DNA from: Moniliella sp. 'wahieum'
Lineage: Eukaryota
Assembly (NCBI GenBank): GCA_003971905.1
Contig: RSEE01000005.1
Span: forward strand, 310,001 to 374,000
Reading direction: 5' to 3'
Length of the DNA stretch: 64,000 nucleotides
Below the pieces are notes generated by a model. That model was not told where the DNA came from, did not search any database, and saw nothing but the letters and a program-made list of their open reading frames with translations. The translations under genes and the position numbers were made by a program. How positions within the stretch are numbered: position 1 is the first letter of the stretch; every line of letters starts with the position of its first letter. Below are positions 50,490 to 63,871 of the stretch, piece after piece.

Positions 50490-51876
50490 TGTGAGAGGCG
50501 AGCACTCAACATTTCTTCACTATTTCTCTTCTTTCTTCTCTCCAGTCCCTTCTCCCCTGTGGTTCCATTTTCTTTCCCCCTTTTGTGAGCCTGGAAAACG
50601 GAGTGTATGGCAAGCATGACACTCACTGCCGTTCCTGCCTGAGACCCTCATGGCCTTTTGTTTATTCCCTACTACTTTTCGGCCAACCCAGGACTACACT
50701 ACGATTTGACACTTTCACAGGCTTACTAGGGCCGAAGTCCCTCTCCTCCTTCTTTCAGGAGGGGGGTACTTACGGCTTGGTTAGTAGGATGGCAAGTGTG
50801 AGGAAAGAAGGTGAGAACAGGACCGACAGGGGATGAGTACGATATGCTGGTATATGTACAAACAGTATATGCATTACATTACAAAGTAACAGCTTGCTGA
50901 TGGAGGGACTGTCGGCACTACCGTCCATACACTTACTTGATGCTAGCGAATTTGGTCTCAATACTTTCTGAGATTATGGAGTGCTTGCCCAGCTCGCCTC
51001 ACAGGCAAGATCAGACGCACAGGTCTCGGATCTCTCGCGCGGGGAAGGAAGTGGTGGCATATTATTATTGTTGTAAGAAGCCAGGGCGGCAAGACGCTCT
51101 GTGGGGGTGCCCACCAAAGCGGGAGGATCGGTCAGCGTCTCCTCCGTTAGCCAAAAACCAAACCACCCAGCTTTGATCCGTGGAGAGAAACCGGGGTTGC
51201 GTGCCAAAAATGACCGAGAACAAAAGTGAGGAGAGCCACGTCCTTCTCGAGTACTGTGGGTACTGTTGGTATTGTGGGGCCGTCGGGTGCTTCGCCCCCT
51301 GGTTTATCGTGAGGCAGGCCCACTGTGGAGAGGGGATCTGCCCCTGATATAAGCCCTTGGACGTCGTATTAGTATTTCTATTAGGATGAGAAACAAGACG
51401 GGACCCTAAGGCCTAACGCGTAACGGAAGAGCTAGCGCTATCTACTAAGTACAGTAGGCTAACCGCACGACTTTGCAGAGCGATATAAGATAGACGTGAG
51501 TCTCGCGAATTCATATAAGCGTAAGTACTAAAGAGGGGAGAAGTTGAGGGTGAACGTTAAACGTTAAACAGAGACCCATAGAAGGTTGTAAGAGCTTTAC
51601 AGAGAGTTGTTAAGACTGAAACCGCTTTGAAGGGGAGGCTGACGGATGACGCTGCGTACAGCAAGGACAGAGGCTGTAGCGGAGGGCTGTAGCTGAGACA
51701 CAGCTGCATGTGCATGCACCCCCACCTCTTTTTCCCCACACCAATTAAACATCTATTACCTGGCAGATAAGCATATTGTCAGGTAACGGGGTACCGTGCT
51801 GCCGTTGTGGCATCTCTAAAAATATAGCCCCTAGTGCTTTCTCTCGCTTATAGTTCCAAACAACCCCCGCAAGATG

Positions 51877-51932
51877 AACGGTTCGGTTTAGACGTAGCGT
51901 TCCCCCTGTCCCAGCCTTAAGCTCTGTCAATG
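51877..51932 (+). repeat. dispersed repeat family 2, copy 2
   Basis: aacggttcggtttagacgtagcgtt...tgtcccagccttaagctctgtcaatg. Confidence 0.75.
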
Positions 51933-52375
51933 GAATGCACACAACATAGGGATTGGGCCTCCCCCCCGTTTGATTTTCGGCTTCTAAAAACTGGCGTAAA
52001 CAATGGATGCACATTCAGTTGCTGTGGAAAACGAGGGTCGACATGTGGCGTCCTGAGTGAGAGGCGCGACTGTGGCGTGAGGCGCGTGAGGATACAAAGA
52101 CGATCGGAGAGGTGCTAGCAAAAGAAAACCAGTCACCTGGAGGGGAAATGTGCAAGGAGGAAGTAGAAGGAGAATGAAAATCGAGGAACACTCAACACAA
52201 TCCACCGAGGGAGAAGAAAGTGAGAGATCTGGACAGTGCGAGACAGGGGAGGGGGAGGAGGGGGTGAAGACAGAGAAAGGAGAGATGGACACCCACCTCT
52301 CTCAACTCAATGTTCGGCATGGAGAAAAAAAGGGAACACAAGCCAGCTGCTTCTGAGGCCCTGGCGAATGGGCGG

Positions 52376-55300
52376 CTAGTATGGAGGTCGAGCCCGGGTT
52401 GAAGTAGAGCGGGAGCTGGGAGGGAGAGACGGACGGTCCGAATCGGGCTGGAGGTGGCAGTGAGGACGAAGAGATGGACTGGGATGGGGAGGACGAGTAG
52501 GAGGCCGATGATAGTCCCCTACGTCCCCCTCTTCACTCCGTGGAGCTCGTACGGACGACAAATGGGATCCAGAAGAACGAGAGCGCAAGCGTTGCGAGCT
52601 CCCGGGCCTCTGACGCGTGCTTCCTGGGGCCGAGGGGGAGGGCCCAGAAGAACGCCGAAGCGAAAGAATGTGGCATCCAACGCGCCGGCCTGCCGAAGCC
52701 AGGTGATGGATCCAGCTGCCAATGCGGCGACAAAGCCTTGCTCGGCAGGCGACAGGAGCCGCGTGCGGTCGGAAAACAAATGGCCAACAACAACACGGAG
52801 CGCTCGTCTCGTGTCCATCCCGTCGGTTGTGAGCGGCCAGAAGGTGCCTGGACCGGCATCGGTTCACTTTCTCGCCCGTCAGCGACCGGAAGGAGCAGAC
52901 CACCTGCCGACACAATTGCTCCAGCGCGGAACAGGTGCTGGGGGGAAGAAGGGTAGCGCCAGGCAGCGTAGGACCGGTTCTGTCCGGGGTGGCGTTTGTG
53001 CCAGTGTCCGAGTCCGCTTCGGCGTCGTCGACGTCGGTGGCCACAAAGTGGCGCGGCAGATTGTAAAACAAGGCAGGCAAGCCGCGGTGGTCATTCACGT
53101 TATGTGAGGCAGGCGCCAGGGGCACCGAAGCCAGTCGGGTGGGGTCCAGCAGCACACCTTCCGATCCGGTCTTGGGCCCAGAGGGGAATGAGCCACAATC
53201 GTCCAATCGGGCACGTTGGTTGAGGAATGAATTTTGATTGGCTTGCGTGCCAAGTACACCAGATCGGCCCCCAACGCGCTGGCAGCTGTGGCTGGTGAGG
53301 GCCGACGCCAACTGGGGCAGCAATTGTAGCGCCACATCTGGCGCCCCATCCTCCGCTCCCGCGGCAGACCGTTTGGCCCTGGCTTGATGCAATCGTTCCT
53401 GGAACGCAGCCAAGAGCTGTTCTTGCTCAAGAGACGCTTCTACCTCCTCGTCGAGCCCTTGTGCCATCCCTCCTCCACTGGTAGGACCGCTCCAGCCAAA
53501 CAATCCATCTTGCGCCACTCGGACCTTGCCCCCGAGCCAAAGCCAGCACCTTCCTCTGCCAGGCCCAGCTGCTTGACATCGACTTGCAGTTTGTTGTACT
53601 GCTGTACCATGTGACGTTTGCGAAGCGCCACACCATGGGCATAAGCATGTTCCAACAACGTTGCCATCTGGGTTGCCGTAGTTTGAAGGACCGATTCGTG
53701 GCTAGCAGTCCACTTGGCCATTGTATCAGAGGCGACCGCTCCCACTTCATGGGATGCAGCTTGGCCCGGCCGTAGATAGGGTTGCGTCGGTATCGTGGCG
53801 TTGAGGAAGTGAGGCACACCAACGCCACAGGCAATCCCGTTGAGGAGACGATGGGCTGGACCGCAACAAACTGTGCACCACCCGGTTGTCGTCCTGCTCC
53901 GTCGCCCGACTCGGTGCTCCCATTCTGAACCGAGGATCAACGCTAGTGTTCGACACAATCATGGAAGAGTTGCGATTGAGTAATGCATGGGCCTCAGGGC
54001 TAAACCACCGTGGTCGAACGGAAGTAGCGAGTCCGCCTGTCGGATGTTGGGGGTGCTCGCACCAACGCCTTCCACGTACCAAAGGCACAGCCCCCGCTCA
54101 TTACCACAGCCAGGTAGGCTTCCATGTCACTGGGAAGAAGTGCCTCCAACTTTGCCAGAAGGACTTCCGCATTGCCAGCCAATGTATCTGCCACCTCGTT
54201 CATGTTGACTGCGTCCTCCACCGGCTTTGAGGCTGACTGAGAGTCAGCAGGGGTTCCTTGATGCGCGAAGATATAATCTGGATAGCGGGCGATTGAGGTG
54301 CATGGCAGCCAACCGTTGCCGTTCGAAGCTGTGGGAAGATGGGGCAAGAAAGAGGGGGATAGGTAGGTCAGCGCAATTGTCCAACCACACGCGAGAACGA
54401 AGGAAAACATACATGGGGAACGGTGCAGGAATCCGGGTATCTCCAAGGACGAAAAGAAACGGATCACATCACGTGAGCCTCGACTATTGATCCGACCGCG
54501 GCATCTTCCAGTTGGTCAACTGCCGACTCGGTATCCAACGCGTCGTCGCCGTTGGAGCTCGGATGGAAAACATGGGCCGCAAAGTTTGACGATCCCATCT
54601 CGGAACCAGAGGCGTCCATTGTCCCTGCCATTCGGCCAGCACGGGAGGTGGCATGTCTCTGGAACGCGGCACGGATCTCCATGAACGAGTCGATGATTTG
54701 AGCTCCAGCTGATCTAGCATGGCACTAGCGTATGCAGTCGGGTTAGGCACACCATCGCTGAGGGCGGAAGACGGACCAGCTCCGTGGGTGGGGGAGGGGG
54801 AACCGGATAGGGTGGAAAGTGGGATCCGTCAAATGAGCCGAGACTGTAGATTAGTAACAGCTCACCAAGAGTGAGTTGAGACAAGAACCAATGCACCGGC
54901 GAATGGGGGCTGTACCTCAGTACTTCCTGTCCCGCCGACCACCAGGACCATCATGCAAAAAGGCCAACGAGAGGCGGCGGACGCAATGGGACCAGAGCGC
55001 GGACCCATATTCGTACGCTCGATTGGAATCAAACGTAAACACTTGCCCGGTGGAGGAAAGAGACGCGGCATCCGATCGGGGCACACTACGTCCACTTGCC
55101 TTGCTTGCCCTGACGGCACATTGGACTTGCTGGAGCGGGTGGTAGGGAGAGCCATTTTGACCCGCTCGCCCGAGGTGTTGGTGACTGATTTGGATAGATT
55201 GGAGCCATCGGTTGTCCAATTGGGAGAGAGGAACCAGACATTTCACCGAAACTGGTGTGGTTGATCGAGGTGGATGCAGTTAGAGAAGGGCTGGCGACGC

Positions 55301-55924
55301 TCGATCCCGAGGTGAGACTGGTGGAGGCGGCAGGCGCACTGTCGTTGGGGGCGCGAAAAAAGAAAGTAAGGATGGCGGGTGCAGCTAGACCTGGATTGAG
55401 CTCTGGTTCAAAGGAGGGTGAAATGGGATCGGAGCTCTGGGAAGGAGAGGCAGAGGAAGGTTGCTTGCGGCCAAAGAGGCGGCGGGCACCATTGGCCACC
55501 TTTTCAAAGCGGTCCAGGTCTTGCTCGGACGATGACGGGGATGGGTTGGCCTTGCCGAGCATGCGGCGCCATCCCTTGGTACGGACAGCAGGCTGGGCTG
55601 GGGAGCCACTGTGACTCGCGTGCCCAGCAGACAGGTTGCTCTGGCCTGACACGGACGGGGTGTGGGTTGCGGCTAGCAGAGGCGGGGCAGGCGATCGAGG
55701 CGGCGCCAGGAAGCCGAGGACTGAGCGGCGACAGAGGGGATGGACCCGCGCGAATCGTGGAAGCCAGCAAGCTGATAGTCGTTCAGCAACGGCCGGGGGC
55801 GTCCAGAGGGGGTCGAGCCTAGCAGGGCGGCCAGGCGATAGGAAGTAGCGGCGTAGTACGCGTCAATGGCGTCGCCCTCTTCGTGTGCATTATGCTGGTA
55901 TGCTGGGACTGGGGGGAATGCCAT
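52376..55924 (-). CDS. large hypothetical protein (Ser/Pro-rich ends, helical or coiled-coil core), heavily frameshifted
   Basis: Continuous chain of coding-like minus-strand ORFs from MAFPPVPAYQ (55924) to ...STRARPPY (52376). Confidence 0.6.
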
Positions 55925-56254
55925 GGGTATCGTGGTGGTTAGTGGTGGTCGGACTCAAGGTCAGAGATACGGCGAACGCAGGACCAAGAACGAAGCACTG
56001 AGAAGCAGCCATGTCTGTCTTGGTGAGAATTTGGCGTCTGTGCGCCAAGGCTGCTTATTGGCAGGCGTTGGCTGCCAGCTCGTGTTTACACGCCTGTCCT
56101 GCCCCCAGCCCTTCCGGCCCCCGCGGCCAGCACCACAGCAGTGTCTGGTGTGGGGCGCAAGCGCCCTGATGGCTTGCAAACTGGCGCTGGTGCGGGGCCT
56201 GCCCGCGGCCACGCCTCGCCCATCCCATCGGCCAGCTCGATGATGGATCGGTAA

Positions 56255-56392
56255 CAACTAGGATAACTAGTAACTGAGGAGTACACTTAGTTAGTCACTG
56301 GCTTCACTAGCTAGTCACGCACTGAGGCATTGAGTACTCAGACAGAGTACTCAGTTGCCCAGGGCCGGGCACCGAGTGTGGTGTACTCAGAC
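56255..56392. repeat. TNA-CTAG / TGA-GTAC-TCA cluster
   Basis: taactagtaa, tcactagctagtca, tgagtactca, gagtactca. Confidence 0.7.
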
Positions 56393-57224
56393 CGAATACA
56401 CAGTCCTCTGCCAGCCACAAGCCACAGGGCCAGCACACACCCCGCCCGCGCCACCCCGCTCATCCCCAGCTGGCCTGCCTGCCCTGCCTTAACTCGCCTG
56501 CCTCGCCACCCAGCCCCACCAGCCGACCTCACCCTCGGCGACCTGATCCCCTACCCTACTTGTTGTCCAGGAGTCTCCTACCCCGTCACGTGACATCACG
56601 TCCCCTCGCATTTGCTCCCGGTTCGGAGGCTTGTCTCCTTCCTTCCTATCCTCACTTAGCACAAAATTGCACACTACAACTTACTGCAGCAGGCAGGGAG
56701 CAATGGCTGCTAGAAATCACCTTGCCCCTCACCGCCAACAGCCAGAAAGGACGGATGGAAGCAGCGCACATCCGCGAAGGGAGAAGCAGTTTTGCCGATT
56801 CAGCAAATCGACCTGTTGACCTAGTATGAGGTCAAATAGGGCAAACACGAGTCGCCTCGAAAGGGAATGAATTAAAGCTCGAGTTTTCTACATGGGACCT
56901 ACACAACTTAAACACTGGTTTGGATGGACTGAGGGCACCCTTTAGGGCGGGATAGAGGACGTTTGATTTTGGAGGGAAAATGGCTAAGGGGAGGGGAACG
57001 GGGAAAGGGGGGGGTGAGAATCATGAGCAGGGGTCGCCAAAGAGCGCCCCAGGTGAAAAGGCGGTCATAAGGAATGGCAAGGAAGTCGAGGAGCGCGGCA
57101 CGTCCAAAGCCGCCCGCCTCCAAATCAATGTCATTCCATCCATAAGCAAGGCAAGTCGGTAGGAAGGCGCAAGCCCCTCTCGCCACCCCCTCCGAGTATC
57201 ACGGAACAAGCACCAAGGGTAAAC

Positions 57225-57806
<582 letters not shown>

Positions 57807-57811
57807 GACGA

Positions 57812-58007
57812 CTACTCATAACCAAGGGGTCCAGGGTCAGCAAACTGCCCTGTCCGCATGGCCGTTCAAAAACCAAGATCCTTCAGCTCTGAGGCCGGGA
57901 CCAGCGTGCACTCGGACACCGCCACAACGTGTAGCGGGTGTGCGAGAAAGGGAGCACGCTGTGCCCGGCTCAACCGCACGCGTAGTTCCATGCAGAGAAG
58001 TACTTAC
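57812..58007 (-). other. probable 5'-UTR intron of RPS7
   Basis: GTAAGT donor at 58007, CTGAC branch point at ~57838, TAG acceptor 5 nt before the ATG. Confidence 0.6.
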
Positions 58008-58123
58008 CAAACGATGGATGGAGGCTGGACAACAACGGTGGGCAAGTTTCCCAAGGTGGAGCGGGCGAGAAGAGCCATAGCCCTGGGACGGTCTCGGACC
58101 GCAGCAGGGCGTAATTCTCGGTG

Positions 58124-58146
58124 TAGGGTTAGACCATTAGGGTTAG
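58124..58146. promoter_or_regulatory. paired TAGGGTTAG (telobox/Tbf1-like) elements upstream of RPS7
   Basis: tagggttag-acca-ttagggttag. Confidence 0.5.
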
Positions 58147-58870
58147 TGCCTGGCTTCATTAACTTGGAAAGATCAATATGAATTGGGTATGCAAGTACGT
58201 AATCGGGTTACTTTGCAGGTTTCTTTGCACCGAAGTTCAACAGCTTATTAGCGCCTAATAAAATTGGCGTGCGCTCACGCCTGCTCGCGCTCATTAGTCA
58301 CTGTGACAATAGCTGCCAATACTGGTGGCATTCGCGTAACACTGAGGGCAAAAAGAATCACTGCACCTAAGGCTTGCTCATCCAGCTCATCTCTCATTGT
58401 CTTCTTGTACTCTAAAGCCACATCACTGTCAAAACTTCGGCAAGGTCAGAGGAAACGCGTCACCACCATCAGCTGCAGTGAACGAGAAATTGGTCCTCCT
58501 AATAGAGGGGGGTCTATAAGCAAAAAACAAACAAACAAAAACAAGAGCCGATTGATCACGTCTCTATATTCCCAACGAGAGGACCACAGAGCCTACGGCC
58601 CGGTCAGCTGGGGCTTCGCCCCTAACCTTACCACCGTTCCCCTTCGCCACCGTCTCACATGGTCTACCACGTTCAATGGGATCTACGCGCGTAACAATCC
58701 GGTCGGTTTGAGAAAAAGCGAATGGCGGGCGCCATTATAGGGTCCCGACCTGCTGGCTACTCCACTGTTGGGATCCTAATTGAGGTTCGGCCCGAACAAC
58801 CAGCGCATGCCAAATGAGCGAGTCACTCAGTAATGCATGGTTATGCTGTTACGCATTATGCGGTTACCGG

Positions 58871-58932
58871 AACGGTTATATGCGGTTTTATGCGTAGCGT
58901 CTCCTCGTAGTTGTCCCAGCCTTAGAAGCTCC
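58871..58932 (+). repeat. dispersed repeat family 2, degenerate copy 3
   Basis: aacggtt...cggttttatgcgtagcgt...ttgtcccagcctta. Confidence 0.55.
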
Positions 58933-59048
58933 GAATGATCTGCATGAAGGATCTATATACACCGAACTGTGATAGACAAGATGCTTGTTATTTGGTGGGA
59001 CATGGACCGGTAAAAATGATGCCGGTGATGCTGCTACTTAATCTCTGA

Positions 59049-59440
59049 TCAGAATGCAAAGTCTGACTGCGCGAGGACAACAACGGACGAGGTGTCCTGT
59101 TGAATGTGGAGCCACCTCGCGGTCAAACTGTTTTGCGATGAGCGGAAGCGATGTGGACGTCCACTGCTCCGAGCTGTGAACCAATCAAAGAAAAAAAAAC
59201 TGTCAGTACCAAACCAGAAAAAGAATGCAAGCTGTTTCATGCAATGACCACGTACCTAGCAAACTCTTGTTCAATGTGGAAGTGGTTCGGATCAGCCGCA
59301 TTGTGGAACACCTTGAATTTGATGTTCCCCTGCTCTTGCGTCCGGATCTTCTCCGCCAGCTCCGACAGAAGTTGAACAACTTTGTCGCGTTTGCCGGGAA
59401 GAGCAGTGAAGGAAGTGAAAAGAACTTTGGAATAGGTCAT
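59049..59440 (-). CDS. ABM (antibiotic biosynthesis monooxygenase / dimeric alpha-beta barrel) family small protein
   Basis: FTALPGKRDKVVQLL...EQGNIKFKVFHNAADPNHFHIEQEF; intron ~59175-59255; AVDVHIASAH; TATATAA at 59534-59540. Confidence 0.8.
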
Positions 59441-60436
59441 GATGGAGGGTGGGTGGGATGTAGGTTGGGAAAGAAGAAAAGTCGGTATAGATGCGTGTTA
59501 TAGGAAAACAAGTGCCAGCACGGGGGGGGGCTCTTATATATTAGCGCCCGCACGGTTGGTGCTGGGGACCAAGCGGGGCACGGGCCATTTTGAGGCCAAG
59601 TTCAGCCTGATGTGGGTGGAGGTACTATACAAAGCTGAGGGCCACAGACACGCCTCTCGCCTCCATCGGACCAGTATGGGAAAACGAAAATGGCTGGTGT
59701 GGCGGTACTCGTGGGCAGGGGCGCTGAGGGCAAATATTATATGAGGGTTGGGGGACCCATCCATGGCCCGCCCCCGCTTCGTATTTGTCGTGGCATCTTA
59801 CCTCCGCATTTTGCGGCCTGTGCGCGACAACACATGGCGGCCCATGCGTCACGCTCCTGTCCTCAGGCTGAGCGCTCAGGCTGAGCTGAGATGCGTCAAC
59901 GTCGTCAATGACGTGAACGGCTCAGCCTGAGCGCAGACGAGCTGGTGTGGTCCTCAGCTTTGCTACCCAACTCTCGTTGAACAGTTCAACTTTAACCATT
60001 GCATTTCATGCTTGCCCCCACAGCCCCCACCCTCCCTCTTTTGCACAGGAATAAGGTTTCGGCGGAAAGTACCTGCGCTCGCCATCGCTTCGAATGGGGG
60101 AAGGTTCTGCTGTCTTCGAGACTGCGGTGTACGTAGAACAATATATTCAGACACTATAGTAACGCGTAATGAGATGTGTGCGCAACCAGCATACAACTTG
60201 TCCAACCTGTCGTTCGAGTTGGTCTCAACATCTACGGTAGCGGTATATGATACTTGAGCTGATGCAGCCACAGGGCCCGCATGTACCATCATATGCATGG
60301 GGGGTGAGCGTTGAAACAAGAGATCAGAGAGGTGAGAGAGCATGTGGAGTCGTGTCGAAGCAAGGACTCAAGAGTCCATATGAGAAAACCCAAGAAAGAA
60401 GAGGTGCATGGGCATGGGCCTTAGCTGGTCACCTCC

Positions 60437-61680
60437 TTACGGGCTGGTCGCGTTGAATTCGGTGTTGAAGACAATGTCCCAAATCATGGACGTGACACCA
60501 ACCCGAGCTCGTAGTTCTTGTAATGGTGTCGAGGTGGAATCGTTTCTGTGCCATGACATAGGAAGGCAGCCGAGAGTGGTGCAACGCCCAGTGCATCGTG
60601 TCGTATCCGACATAGGAGACGAAGGCACCCGCAATAATCCCATTGGCAAATGCGGTAGGCAACACCATGTGAGCAAATCTGGTGAAGGGAGCTTGAAGCG
60701 TAAAAAACAGCACGGGCGGCATCACCAGCCGCAAGCCATCCATAGGGAGGTAATGGTGCACGCCATGCAACAGGAATGAAGAAGTAGGAATGCGGGGCGA
60801 TCGGGAAGGAGGGCATCGACGTGGAAGAGGAACCGATGCAAGCCATATTCCAGTGTCCACATAAGGATGCCACTGAAGCAAGCAACCAAGAGACTAACCC
60901 ATGCCGCGGGCGAGGCATACGGGACTAGCCGAAGGTAAGCGAGCCAACAGGCGGGGACGTTGAAGCAGAGGGGACGGAAGCATACTAAATTGACAGAGCG
61001 CCCGCGCCGCCAGGGTAGCAGCGATGGGCAGCCAATCAGTGGCCGGAACGAACCACTTGGTTTTGGTAACATCTCGAGGTACCATGGCCAAAGAGCGGAG
61101 CCGAACCCTTGACATGACGAGGAATGTGAACCTGCTCGAGATAGAATGTTTTGTCAAAGTTGGCGAACCACACTTGCGGAATCAAAGGCTTGGTGGATCA
61201 AGGAACTGATGCTGTTGCAGATCTTTTGCCGTGTCGTATTATCGGGGCAAAAGTCCTCGGTGATAACGATTTCCTCGTCCTTGCCACTAAAGTCTCCACC
61301 GCGCACCCCACCATACTTCTTGAGCGTCTCGACGTCCACGCCTGAGGCCGCATTTGGGCCAGCGTGGAGGTCTGCTGCTGCTTGGCTTTCGCTAGGTCAT
61401 CGCCGAGGCGAGGCGACCGATAAAGTACTCTTCCAGCACAGCGTACGCTGCCTCTGAGTGCTCGTGGATCTGCGGGTCGGCCATGGCGCCAGTCAGGTCC
61501 TTTCCGCATATGGAAGCAGCAGGTCATCACCCCCAGGGTGATCCTGGACGAATGGGGTCACGTCAAAGACGCGGTCGCCGTGCACAACCCCAGTCATCCA
61601 GCGTTGCATGTGCCAGCAACGTCCTCGGCGCTGAAGAGGCGCACACGGCGGCGCGGCGCGGCATCGGTATTGGTGGCCAT
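60437..61680 (-). CDS. SCS7: sphingolipid fatty-acid alpha-hydroxylase with cytochrome b5 domain
   Basis: DHPGGDD (cytochrome b5), TKTKWFV, WTLEYGLHRFLFH, HGVHHYLPMDGLRLVMPP, YDTMHWALHH, HHYKNYELG, GVTSMIWDIVFNT. Confidence 0.95.
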
Positions 61681-62040
61681 GAATGGAGGGAGATGGAGGG
61701 GGTGGTGATGGTAGGATGGAAAGGGGAGAAGGAGAGAAGGGATAGAGAAGGGCCGGGTGTAACTAGCTGGTTGGCCAAGGGGCCAGCCGCACTGGGTGTT
61801 ATAGTATGGCCTGCGCTGCAGTCTGCCCATTTTTGTCATGGGCCGAACAGGCGCGCTCGCGCAGTGCGCTGCACCGCGCCACTGTTTGCCCCGCAGACAC
61901 GCGTTGTGCGGCCCTGCCTTGCGCGCTGCCACCTCACACGCGGCGAGCCCCAATATACCCCACCCGCGCGGTGCGGCCCAGCAGGGGACACAGCGCCTGC
62001 GCCTGCTGCGCCTCTCGCCCCTTCTCCCCATTATGCATCG

Positions 62041-62605
62041 TCGATCATTAATCATGCATTAATCATCCGCGGCGATGGGCGCATTGGTCAAGATCGCCCG
62101 ACTCGTACCGCGCCGTACCCTGCCCAAATACTTCCGTCGCCCATCCCAGGCCATCCCCCCATCATGCATCAGGCCTCATCGACTATCGACCATCGACCAT
62201 CGACCCATTCTACGCCCAAACCTCGTCTCGCGCGGCAAAAGAGCCAGATCGTTGAAGTTGAACGTCAACCTTGAAGAGCTTGAAGCTTGAAGCTTGAAGC
62301 TTGAAGCTTGAAGCTTGATTAATGATTGCCCACAGCATCGCTGACATGCGTCTACTTTTCCTTCCTGTACTGCTGTATACCCAGAGGTCCCACATCCTGC
62401 ACCATACACCCACGCATGCCAGATCCCAGTGGGATCTGTCTGAGACGACTTGTTGGTTTTTCGTATTGCGCTCGTGTTCTTCATCCATCTTCGAGCTTCA
62501 AGCTTCAAGCTTCACCCGACGGCGAGAATCATGTTAATGATGCATCATGCATCCATCATGCACATGTGGAGTTGCAATGGGCAGACAGTGCAATGAACGT
62601 TTGAA
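62041..62605. repeat. cluster of TNA-palindrome arrays upstream of SCS7
   Basis: TCA-TTAA-TCA-TGCA at 62045; TCA-TGCA-TCA-GGCC-TCA-TCGA... at 62162; (TGA-AGCT)5-TGA-TTAA-TGA at 62281; TCA-AGCT at ~62497; TGA-TGCA-TCA-TGCA at ~62538. Confidence 0.92.
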
Positions 62606-62869
62606 CCTCCCTTCTCTCTTCGCGGTGAGTTTCTTTTTATCTGAAGCGATGAATACACGCTGCTGGACGCGACCACCATTGACGCGACCGAGACGCGAGG
62701 CTGACCTGCGCAGCGGAGTGGCAGGTAGGGAGGCCAAGAGGACCAAGCAACATGCAACCACCAGAGAAAAAAAAGGTGCAACAGGATTGAACGTGTTGGA
62801 CCGCCGCACCGCCGCAACGTCGCAAACGCACAATAAGGGGGGGAAATCGGAATGAACGATGTCTTCGCC

Positions 62870-63871
62870 ATTGATTCGCAGTTCTACGCATGGTATCAGA
62901 TACGCTCCTATCGTCAATTGTCGGTACAGCAAAAGCAACAGGCTAGGTTCCATCCAGAGGGACCAACTGAATGTTCCAGTGCTTGTAGCGCCATGACTAG
63001 CAAGCATGACTAGGGGGGTACACATTGGACCCTAGGCTATTGTACAGAGTAGCAGGAGATGGATGTGTCTCTGCGCATGGTACACGTTGGTACGCGCGGG
63101 TACGTGTCAGGCTCACGACACGGGGAGGTACGGTCAGTTGGGGCAGAAGCGGCAGAAGGGCAAGAAGGAGTGGAAAGCGGGGCATCGACAAAGTGGCAGG
63201 AGCTTGCCGAGAAGAAGCAGGATCCTGGGTCGGATGAAGAGACGGATGCAGCTGCCCAATCCCATGGGAGTGGAGCCGTGCCAGGTAGGCGGATGAAGAT
63301 CCGACAAAGTAATGTTGCTGGCGGGAGAAGCGTTGCGTTCGTCGGGCAAGCGCTGTCCGAGTCCCCCAAAAAAGGCTGTCACCGCAATCAGCTTGTGACG
63401 AAAACTCATGCTCCACCACCACCTGGGAATAGTTCAGCCCTTCCTCTTCCGCATCCGATTGCTCTGCGTCGGCGGGGATGCCTTCCCCCTTTGCGCGAGG
63501 TGCCCCCCGAGGAGGAACGGCCTGGCATGCCGCTCCAACCATGCGACCCAATTCGGCCAAGTCACCCAGATGGGTGTTGCGAGGTATAAAAGGGCAACGT
63601 TGCGTACGCCAAAACAATCAAGAAAGAGTGACAGTTCCTCTCCACCAAGAGGGGCAAGACGGCTGAGACGGTAAAGCCCTTTTTCCTCTTGAACTGTCTT
63701 GGTATCCGAAGATGCAACAGCAGGCGCCGGGGAGGTAGAGACGCCGGGGCCTGGCGGGGGCCAATCGCCCCTCGATTGGCCCAGGCTCGGCGGGCTCTCC
63801 AACTGCGCTTCCTCGATCGGTTCTTTTGGATGATCGGACAAAGGATTGCCACTAGCTCCGGAACTGGCCAT
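62870..63871 (-). CDS. hypothetical protein, frameshifted
   Basis: MASSGASGNPLSDHPKEP...LFLDCFGVRNVALLYL...; EEEGLNYSQVVVEHEFSSQ; 3' end uncertain. Confidence 0.45.

Noticed and set aside
58124..58146. Telomere or telomerase RNA template
   Set aside because: There are only two short TTAGGG-type boxes at an internal promoter position; a regulatory role is more parsimonious.
59049..61680. Secondary-metabolite cluster suggested by the ABM monooxygenase and the hydroxylase
   Set aside because: There is no PKS, NRPS or terpene backbone gene, and SCS7 and RPS7 are housekeeping genes.
62277..62325. CRISPR-like repeat-spacer array, or restriction-site (HindIII/ClaI/SpeI) cloning linkers
   Set aside because: Units are only 7 bp with no unique spacers and no cas genes. 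Degenerate copies occur throughout native fungal intergenic DNA, so they are not vector sequence.
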